Source of the DNA: a virus | Taxonomy: Duplodnaviria; Caudoviricetes | Direction: 5' to 3' (one strand) | IMG/VR virus record: IMGVR_UViG_3300010412_000012 | Location: 1 to 62,709 of that record | Length of the DNA: 62,709 bases | Part shown: in pieces, positions 56,049 through 62,709 of the stretch | Layout of the letters: every line of letters starts with the position of its first letter | Position numbering within the stretch: the stretch's first letter is position 1 | Position numbers and translations under genes: made by a program | Notes under the pieces: generated by a model | Told to the model about the DNA's origin: nothing | Databases searched by the model: none | What the model saw: only the letters and a program-made list of their open reading frames with translations

Positions 56049-56902
56049 TCGTCTCTCACAGCAGGAAGTTCGTCTTCCTCCGAGTGACGAAAACAGGATC
56101 GACGACAGCGCAGATTCTTCTTCGGCTCGGAGTTCACTGGGACTACGAACAAGATCACCTGAGCAGTGCGCCGGGTTGGGATATGGCGGGTGTCAACCTG
56201 CCACCTGACCCGGACCCACTCTCGATCACATGGCGTCACGCCGACCTCGAGAGTCTGGTCGATAAAGGTGTGCTGACCGAAGAACAGGTGTACGAGTACG
56301 ATGTCTATGCGTTCATCAGAAGCCCCTACGAACGGTTCGTCAGTGGATACTTCCATACGAACATACGTGGAGACTGGGGGCCAGCTGGTCTGACCGCCGA
56401 GCAGTTCCTTCAGCGCAAGAGACAGTACCCCGGCAAGTCTGAATACTTCACCCACCAGATTGTAGGCCGCCCTCAACACCTGTGGTTCCAGTACAAGGGC
56501 GACTACATCGTCAAGCCCCTGTGCTTCGACAACTACGATGAGGAGCTGCGGTTCTTGCTCGACCGATGCGGGGGGTATCAGTTCCCAGAGATACCCCTCA
56601 TCAACAGGTCAAAGGCAGACTATCGCGGCAAGGGGAGATCGAGAGCGCACACCCGAGAGTGGGGTGCTGAAGCCATGCTCGACCCCCAAATCCAAAAGGA
56701 AATAGAGGAGATATACGGTGACGACTTCAAAATCTACACGATGGCCCGAGATGACGCCCGGCTTCGCCACGGAGAAGGAAATCCAAACTATTGTGGACTG
56801 GGTCCTAAGCCCAGAAATCTATCAAAAGATGCAGATACGTTCATGGACTATGCCCAACCGGAAGGGCGTACTGCGAACTACCCTTTTGACAAGGCGGTGT
56901 AA
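56045..56902 (+). CDS. Sulfotransferase family 2 protein
   Basis: KFVFLRVTKTGSTT, FIRSPYERFVSGY, IY.DDF. Confidence 0.85.
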   Translation: MIVSHSRKFVFLRVTKTGSTTAQILLRLGVHWDYEQDHLSSAPGWDMAGVNLPPDPDPLSITWRHADLESLVDKGVLTEEQVYEYDVYAFIRSPYERFVSGYFHTNIRGDWGPAGLTAEQFLQRKRQYPGKSEYFTHQIVGRPQHLWFQYKGDYIVKPLCFDNYDEELRFLLDRCGGYQFPEIPLINRSKADYRGKGRSRAHTREWGAEAMLDPQIQKEIEEIYGDDFKIYTMARDDARLRHGEGNPNYCGLGPKPRNLSKDADTFMDYAQPEGRTANYPFDKAV

Positions 56903-57356
56903 GGGCGTCCGTCGTTCGTTCTGGGTACACCTGCGAGACAATGTGCCGCAGGCTATCTACGACATCGAGAAGCGGATCATGGATAAGTACGACCTCCATG
57001 ACTGCCCGCGTCCGGCATCGAACGTAAAGATCACCCTGCACAGCGCAGACAGTGACACCCGGAACCATACCGACGCCCACTTCGGCCCCGCCCACTTCCG
57101 TGCCAACTTGCTTTTGATCGAGCCAGAGGAAGGCGGGATGTGGAAGGTGGACGATAAGGACTGCCCGATGCACCTCGGCGAGCTGATGGCCTTTGACTCA
57201 GCTGTCCCGCACGCAGTAGAATGTGTCGAGAAAGGCCAGCGTATGTGTATTACGTATGGCTGGATTAAAGCGTACCACCTACCGGACATGCTTACTGATT
57301 GGCCGGAAGGTAAGGAAATACCACCCCTCCCTGAACGAAAGGAAAAAGCAGCATGA
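56718..57356 (+). CDS. 2OG-Fe(II) oxygenase
   Basis: HTD...GG...FDS..PHAV..V.KG.R; GAGGAG SD before GTG 56718. Confidence 0.75.
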   Translation: MTTSKSTRWPEMTPGFATEKEIQTIVDWVLSPEIYQKMQIRSWTMPNRKGVLRTTLLTRRCKGVRRSFWVHLRDNVPQAIYDIEKRIMDKYDLHDCPRPASNVKITLHSADSDTRNHTDAHFGPAHFRANLLLIEPEEGGMWKVDDKDCPMHLGELMAFDSAVPHAVECVEKGQRMCITYGWIKAYHLPDMLTDWPEGKEIPPLPERKEKAA

Positions 57357-57598
57357 ATCTCACGACTGAACACCTCGCCGCAGCAATGAAGGCGGCAATG
57401 GCACTGACTAACCGTGACGACGATCGCATCATGGTACCCATGAAGCACGTTGACGGCGCAATGATCCTCAACAACATCGCCGCCGCGATCCTGAACGGTG
57501 ACTTCGCACTCGTCCCACGACAGGTGATGGAAGAATCGCAGAAAGCCGAAGAAGGCAGGCTTTCGCCGCCACCGGAACCCGAGGAAGACGATGATTGA
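57353..57598 (+). CDS. Hypothetical protein
   Basis: ATGA overlap; acidic tail. Confidence 0.6.
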   Translation: MNLTTEHLAAAMKAAMALTNRDDDRIMVPMKHVDGAMILNNIAAAILNGDFALVPRQVMEESQKAEEGRLSPPPEPEEDDD

Positions 57599-58130
57599 CC
57601 AGATCATCACGGACATAATGAAGGCGGAAGGTTGGGATACATACACCAACGATCCGGTTGACCGGGGTGGCCCTACGAAGTGGGGCATCACCCTGAAAGC
57701 GTGGCAGGACTACCGTGGCGACTGGACGAGTGTCACGGCTGACGACATCAAGGCTATTACCGAGCAGGAGGCGCGGGCCTTCTACGAGGAGATGTACGTT
57801 AAAGCCCCACGTTTCGACCAGCTTCCGCCTCTCCTTATGCCGATGGTCGTTGACTGTGGAGTCAATCATGGCGTGAAAGCCGCCTCGAAATGGGTACAAC
57901 GAGCCGTGGGAGCCAAGCAGGACGGCGTCATAGGCCCCAAGACCCTAGATCAAGTCACTTCCGTAAACCTGTTGGCAATCTACCAGCGAGTAGCTGCGTA
58001 TCGTCTTCAGCTGTACGGAAAGATTGTATCTCGAGACCATTCTCAGGCAAAATACGCACATGGATGGAACAACCGTGGGGCCAAGTGGCTCCTACGACTA
58101 GCAGACTACCTAGCAGGCGACGACACATGA
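57591..58130 (+). CDS. Endolysin, glycoside hydrolase family 108 with peptidoglycan-binding domain
   Basis: EG...NDP.DRGG.TKWGIT, D.GVNHG, DGVIGPKT, GW.NR. Confidence 0.9.
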   Translation: MIDQIITDIMKAEGWDTYTNDPVDRGGPTKWGITLKAWQDYRGDWTSVTADDIKAITEQEARAFYEEMYVKAPRFDQLPPLLMPMVVDCGVNHGVKAASKWVQRAVGAKQDGVIGPKTLDQVTSVNLLAIYQRVAAYRLQLYGKIVSRDHSQAKYAHGWNNRGAKWLLRLADYLAGDDT

Positions 58131-58582
58131 ACTGGTTGAAATCACTTTTCGGGCTTGGCGAGATCGCTGGCGAGTACTTCAAGGAACGTCAGAAGCTCAA
58201 GCAAGAGCTGAAGATGGCCCAACTCAAAGGCAAGATCGACCTCGCCAACGCGAAGGTGCAGGCCGCTATCGCCCAGCAACAGCACGTGCAGACATGGGAA
58301 CAGACCTACGTCAACATGCAGCGTGAGTCGCTGAAGGATGAGGTCGTTCTGGCCGTCGTCCTCCTGCCGTACGTGGGCGCGTTCATACCACGTGTACAAG
58401 ATCACATTCTGATCGGCTTCGAGTATCTGGCGAAGATGCCATACTGGGCAGTCGGTCTGACTGTAACCATCTTCCTCGCAATCTACGGCATCCGCCACAA
58501 GAACGCGGCGAAGATTCAAGCACCCGGTCTACGGGATCAAGACGTTAAAGGAAACGGAAATGAAAACACACCAAGCGGTTAA
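58127..58582 (+). CDS. Holin-like membrane protein
   Basis: ATGA overlap with the endolysin; SLKDE followed by two TM segments. Confidence 0.65.
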   Translation: MNWLKSLFGLGEIAGEYFKERQKLKQELKMAQLKGKIDLANAKVQAAIAQQQHVQTWEQTYVNMQRESLKDEVVLAVVLLPYVGAFIPRVQDHILIGFEYLAKMPYWAVGLTVTIFLAIYGIRHKNAAKIQAPGLRDQDVKGNGNENTPSG

Positions 58583-58961
58583 TCAGCTTCTCACAGCTGT
58601 AGCAGCAGTAGTCAGACAGCGTCACCTGCCCGAGCTGGCAGACACCATCAAGCAGGCAGGCGTGCTGGTCAACTCTGTCCACACAACGTCACTCGAAGTG
58701 ATCGACGAGAAGCTCGCAAAACTCGTCAAGGACTTCGAGGCCAAGATCGTTGGAGGCGGTGACGTCTCAGCGCAAGACCTCATCATGGAGGTAGCTGAAC
58801 CAGCTGTCTCCGAAGATGAAGACTTCACCCCTCTGCCCGATGAGGTAGAGGAAGCCACGTTGGACGTATTCGACCCCACCAAGAAGGTAGAGGTTGAGGA
58901 TTACGAAGCCGACGCTGACCTCCTCGACGAACTCGATGCCGAGCTGGATGAAGTGATATGA
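58560..58961 (+). CDS. Hypothetical protein with an acidic C-terminal half
   Basis: Tiled ORF. Confidence 0.55.
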   Translation: MKTHQAVNQLLTAVAAVVRQRHLPELADTIKQAGVLVNSVHTTSLEVIDEKLAKLVKDFEAKIVGGGDVSAQDLIMEVAEPAVSEDEDFTPLPDEVEEATLDVFDPTKKVEVEDYEADADLLDELDAELDEVI

Positions 58962-59800
58962 GGTGGCTTCTCCTAACAGCTGCTCTGCTTACGGCCCCTG
59001 CTTTCGCCACCGGGAACGGTGATGGTGAGTGTGACCATCCCGTATTTGTGGAAGTAGGGTGCGGTGAACCCGGCCCAGCTGGTCCTCCGGGGCCAGCCGG
59101 TCCTCCGGGGCCAGCCGGTCCTCCGGGTGAGCAAGGCCCGCCGGGTGAGCAAGGCCCGCCGGGACCACAAGGCCCACCGGGGCCGCAAGGTGAGCCGGGC
59201 GTCGTCGATTACAACCGCGTCAATGAGATCATCGAGACCTACCGCTTTGGTAGGTTCACTGATTACATGGCCGCTGTTTCTGCTCTCGACATTGATCTGC
59301 CGCAAGACCGTGGACATCGAATCACGGCTACTGGCTCACGAGTCCACGGAACCTCTGGTGTCGGCCTCGGCTACGCCTACATGAACGAAGATGGTGTGGC
59401 GCTGAAGGCCGGATTCGCCCGTGCCGGTGGCGAGAGTGTCGTGAAGGTCGGTGTAAGTTTCGAGTTCGGCAATGAGCGCAAGCAAGTTGCGGTATATGAA
59501 GCGCCGAAAAACGACAACTACGACAGACTGCTCGCCCGTGTAAACGAGTTGGAGCAACGCCTCGCAGCTATCCCGCAGGTTGACGAAACTGCGGTATATG
59601 CACAGCAACAAATCCAGCATCACGAACTGGTCTCCGCCGAAGAACACGGCGCTATGGCCTCCCGCCTCCAAGAGCTTGAAGAACAGCGTAAGCGCGATGC
59701 CGCACGCGCCAATCAGATTGCTCAAGAGCAGGCACAGTACGAGGCTGAGCAGCGTCAGTTCGCGCAAGAAGCCCTTATATCATTGGAGAAATATAAGTGA
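58958..59800 (+). CDS. Exported collagen-repeat protein with a YadA-like anchor and C-terminal coiled coil
   Basis: Signal peptide ending AFA; 15 Gly-X-Y triplets (59063-59197); MAAVSAL..LPQ plus four beta strands ending VGVSFEF; about 110-aa helical tail. Confidence 0.7.
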   Translation: MRWLLLTAALLTAPAFATGNGDGECDHPVFVEVGCGEPGPAGPPGPAGPPGPAGPPGEQGPPGEQGPPGPQGPPGPQGEPGVVDYNRVNEIIETYRFGRFTDYMAAVSALDIDLPQDRGHRITATGSRVHGTSGVGLGYAYMNEDGVALKAGFARAGGESVVKVGVSFEFGNERKQVAVYEAPKNDNYDRLLARVNELEQRLAAIPQVDETAVYAQQQIQHHELVSAEEHGAMASRLQELEEQRKRDAARANQIAQEQAQYEAEQRQFAQEALISLEKYK

Positions 59801-60069
59801 TCCCAGAGTCTACCAAGTCCCTTGCCAAAAAGATTGGTGAGTATCTAGCCTTCCTAGCTGTGTTTGGGACGGTAGGCTCGTACTGGATCAACACGGAAGT
59901 TGAGAGGCGTATGGGAGAGCTTGCACCAGATGCAGGTGTTCACCCTACGGTTGTTGCCAACTCGACTAAACTTGAAACCCTAGAGGCAGGTCAAGAACGG
60001 ATCGAGGAAAAGGTTGATGCGTTCTCGGGCAAGTTCCTCGAGTATCTTGAACGGCAGGCGGGACAGTGA
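59797..60069 (+). CDS. Membrane protein, N-terminal TM plus coiled coil
   Basis: [16 protein letters not shown] followed by heptads. Confidence 0.6.
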   Translation: MIPESTKSLAKKIGEYLAFLAVFGTVGSYWINTEVERRMGELAPDAGVHPTVVANSTKLETLEAGQERIEEKVDAFSGKFLEYLERQAGQ

Positions 60070-60311
60070 TCCATGAAACAGATGTCGAACTCCATGAGAG
60101 AGTCGCAAAAATTGAGGCAAAGGTTGAGCACATCGACCAGATCGCGTCAGAGCGGAAGGGTCGGATGCAGAGGATCGAGGACAAACTCGATGCAATGGAG
60201 AAAGACCTTGAGCGGTATCGAGGGACCGTTGGTGCTATATTGCTTGTCCTTACTGCTGTTACTACATTCCTGAAACTGTTCTGGAACGACCTGACGAAAA
60301 TGTTCAAATGA
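60066..60311 (+). CDS. Coiled-coil plus C-terminal TM protein (XhlA/holin-like)
   Basis: ERVAKIE...RIEDKLD then GAILLVLTAVTTFL. Confidence 0.6.
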   Translation: MIHETDVELHERVAKIEAKVEHIDQIASERKGRMQRIEDKLDAMEKDLERYRGTVGAILLVLTAVTTFLKLFWNDLTKMFK

Positions 60312-60808
60312 AATATAGAGCTATCCAGCCGTTCATTGACGGCGACGTCAGCATCGGCATCGAGCGGATGTCTGAGTGCCTTGACGAGATTGCCCCCCTT
60401 CACCAAGCGCATTATGCAGAGACCGAGGAAGAATACCTCGACGATCCCTACGACCCTGACTACGCTAGACTGTTCCAGCTTGAAGAAACTGGGAACTATG
60501 TTGTATTCACTGTACGCAAAGCTATGGAATTGGTGGGTTATATCCAGTACCATGTCTTTCGGGACCTCCATACCCAACGTGTGTACACAGCCCGTGAGGA
60601 CTGCCTATACATAAAACCGGAGGCTCGGGGACTAGGACTGGCCCCGAAGTTGTTGAATTTCGCGGAATATGGCCTGCGCCAGCTGAACTGCTCATACGTA
60701 GGCATGACCAGTAAGTCCCCAGTGGGCGGCCCGGACATCCGCCCGTTTTTGGAGAAGCGCGGCTACCGGATGGTGGCGGAGTACTTCTCAAAGAAGTTAG
60801 AGGATTGA
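60308..60808 (+). CDS. GNAT-fold acetyltransferase
   Basis: YIKPEARGLGLAPKLL motif A; FLEKRGY; precedes the ejection genes as in many podoviruses. Confidence 0.85.
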   Translation: MKYRAIQPFIDGDVSIGIERMSECLDEIAPLHQAHYAETEEEYLDDPYDPDYARLFQLEETGNYVVFTVRKAMELVGYIQYHVFRDLHTQRVYTAREDCLYIKPEARGLGLAPKLLNFAEYGLRQLNCSYVGMTSKSPVGGPDIRPFLEKRGYRMVAEYFSKKLED

Positions 60809-60811
60809 GAC

Positions 60812-61849
60812 ATGTGTTGCAGCTCGCCCCCGGCACCGCCTGACCTTGGACCGACAGCCGAAGCGTCAGAAGCGGTAGCGCGAATGAACCAGCAGACTGC
60901 CCGAGAGCAGCTTGACTGGGCCAGAGAACAAGATGCACTGAACCGAGACCTGCTACAGCAGGTTCTTGACGTTCAGCTCCCAGCGATGCGCGAGCAGTTC
61001 ACGACTGCACAGGCTGACCGCCAGCGTTACGAAGAAATGTTCCGCCCCTTCGAGAACCAGTGGGCAGAAGAAGCCAAGAACTACGACACGCCAGAGCGCC
61101 GCGCACAGGAACGCGCCCGCGCCCTTGCCGATGTCAATACCCAGTTCGACGCACAGCGCCGCAACGCACTTCAGCGGCTCGAGTCCTACGGTGTCGATCC
61201 TTCGCAGACCCGCAACGCTGCGCTGGACGTTGGCGTACGTACCGCACAGGCTGCTGCAATGGCCGGTGCTGCTACGCAGGCTGACCGCCGTGTCGAAGAC
61301 GTAGGCCGCGCCTTGCAGTCTGACGTCATCAACCTTGGCCGTGGCGCACTGTCCAACGCCGCTGGCTTCTACGGTCAAGCCGTCAACGCTGGCTCCGCTG
61401 CACAGGGTAACGCCCTGAACACGACCGCCAGTGGCGCGAACGCTGTCCAGTCCAGCCTTGGCTTCTCGAACGCAGCTCTGTCGGGCTACGGTCAGAGCGC
61501 CAACATTCAGAACATGGGCTTCCAGAACCAGATGGCAAACTGGAACGCGCAACAGCAGCAGACAGCCGGTATGCTCCAAGGCATCGGCGGTATCGCTGGC
61601 ATGTTCATGGCAGACGGCGGTAACGTCGAGAACCCTGTCGGTGGTCCGGCAGCGCCGTACACGGCTGATGGGCCGGTCGCTGGGCCGGGCGATGGTTCGG
61701 GCGTGGATGACCGTGTCCCGGCCATGCTGTCACAAGACGAGTATGTCATCCCGGCAGACGTTGTACGGGCGAAGGGCGAGGAGTTCTTCGATAAGCTGCT
61801 CGAGAAGTACCACACACCTGCGTCACAACAGCGCAGAGGAGCGATCTAA
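60812..61849 (+). CDS. Internal virion/ejection (pilot-like) protein
   Basis: MC.S.P.PPD start; Ala/Gln/Asn-rich; MADGG; GPGDG..DD.VPAMLS..EYVIPADVV. Confidence 0.75.
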   Translation: MCCSSPPAPPDLGPTAEASEAVARMNQQTAREQLDWAREQDALNRDLLQQVLDVQLPAMREQFTTAQADRQRYEEMFRPFENQWAEEAKNYDTPERRAQERARALADVNTQFDAQRRNALQRLESYGVDPSQTRNAALDVGVRTAQAAAMAGAATQADRRVEDVGRALQSDVINLGRGALSNAAGFYGQAVNAGSAAQGNALNTTASGANAVQSSLGFSNAALSGYGQSANIQNMGFQNQMANWNAQQQQTAGMLQGIGGIAGMFMADGGNVENPVGGPAAPYTADGPVAGPGDGSGVDDRVPAMLSQDEYVIPADVVRAKGEEFFDKLLEKYHTPASQQRRGAI

Positions 61850-62709
61850 TGGCGGGCAATTCAGCACTGGGCGGATTCGTTGAGGGACTGCAAGGGGGTA
61901 TTTCCCACCGTCGTCAGACGCTCCGCGACAAGAAGATTGATCGAGCACTCGACCAGCAGAACAAGCTGGGTGCGATGGCGATTGAAGGCAAGCAAATGGA
62001 CATCAACAGGGTCCGTGCGGAGAAGGGACTGTCTCCTCGAGACTTCACCCAGTTCGAGGCGAACCAAGACCCCTACGGGTTCAAGCTCGGTGACTTCTTC
62101 AAGCCGAAGAAACTGTGGCAGAACTTCAAGGACAATGCTGGCTTCGGCGGTGGGTCGATGGACAGCCCTGCCTCCCCAGTACAGGCCAACGAAGCGGCCA
62201 TTGAGGACATGACCCAAGGAGCACAAGCCTCCTCGATGGGTATGCAGGGCAACACCGATAACATGAACCTGATGTACTCCGCTGATGGTGGGCCAGTCAG
62301 GAAGATGGCTAACGGCGGCGCTGTCCGTCCCGACTACATCCGTTCCTCTCAACGTATCGCAGGCGGAGGACGTACCGCAGCTAACGCTCCCGGCCTCCGT
62401 GGTGCTATCCCCAGATATGTTGCCCAGCAGGGCGGCGCACGTAACCTGCTCAACCGCAGCAAGGTGGTGAAAGGCGGCGGCGCTCTGGCTGCCGGTATGT
62501 CCATCGCTGACCAGACGGCTGACGACTACGATGAGCGCGTGCTCGGTGAACGCTTCGGAGACTTCGAGGGTACACCCCTCTACATCCCTGAAGATGAGCG
62601 TGGCGAAGGTGGCATCGGTAACTTCCTGAAGTACGCTGGACAGCGTGCCATCGGCTTCGCCAGTGACCTCGGCGATAACCTGACGATGGGTATTGCCGGG
62701 CGTGCCTAC
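61849..62709 (+). CDS. Internal virion/ejection protein, 3'-truncated (not in the ORF track)
   Basis: TAATG coupling; MAGNSALGGFVEGLQGG... open to the window end; SADGG and MANGG motifs. Confidence 0.7.
   Translation, partial: MAGNSALGGFVEGLQGGISHRRQTLRDKKIDRALDQQNKLGAMAIEGKQMDINRVRAEKGLSPRDFTQFEANQDPYGFKLGDFFKPKKLWQNFKDNAGFGGGSMDSPASPVQANEAAIEDMTQGAQASSMGMQGNTDNMNLMYSADGGPVRKMANGGAVRPDYIRSSQRIAGGGRTAANAPGLRGAIPRYVAQQGGARNLLNRSKVVKGGGALAAGMSIADQTADDYDERVLGERFGDFEGTPLYIPEDERGEGGIGNFLKYAGQRAIGFASDLGDNLTMGIAGRAY

Overview
Near-complete genome segment of a tailed dsDNA phage with podovirus-type virion genes, probably infecting a Gram-negative host (PagL-like, YadA-like and GH108 genes). Both window ends fall inside putative internal-virion/ejection protein genes, so the genome is probably circularly permuted and somewhat longer than the window. 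There are two arms diverging at about 30.7 kb and converging at about 8.68 kb. The minus arm (30.6 to 8.7 kb) carries small early genes, an AAA-ATPase/vWA-metallopeptidase cluster, PolA, a PD-(D/E)XK nuclease, VRR-NUC, an SNF2-type helicase, an SSB-like protein, a primase-helicase, DUF3310, an HNH protein and a PagL-like lipid A deacylase. The plus arm (30.8 kb to the end, continuing at 1-8.7 kb) carries an RHH regulator, terminase, portal, an inserted appendage cassette, scaffold, capsid, adaptor/nozzle, fibres, two sulfotransferase-like genes, a 2OG-Fe(II) oxygenase, lysis genes, a GNAT, ejection proteins and a T5-A1-like phosphoesterase. No integrase, tRNA or CRISPR array was seen. Strongest unexplained signals: (1) ten TCACAC-N2-4-GTGTGA palindromes confined to the early region; (2) an origin-like repeat region and a G-quadruplex-like tract near the strand switch; (3) a phage-encoded PagL; (4) a collagen/YadA-anchor protein with a C-terminal coiled coil inside the lysis cassette; (5) a second head-tail-adaptor paralogue capping an inserted structural cassette, with sulfotransferase-like genes closing both appendage clusters. 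All assignments come from motif recognition by eye; no database searches were run.
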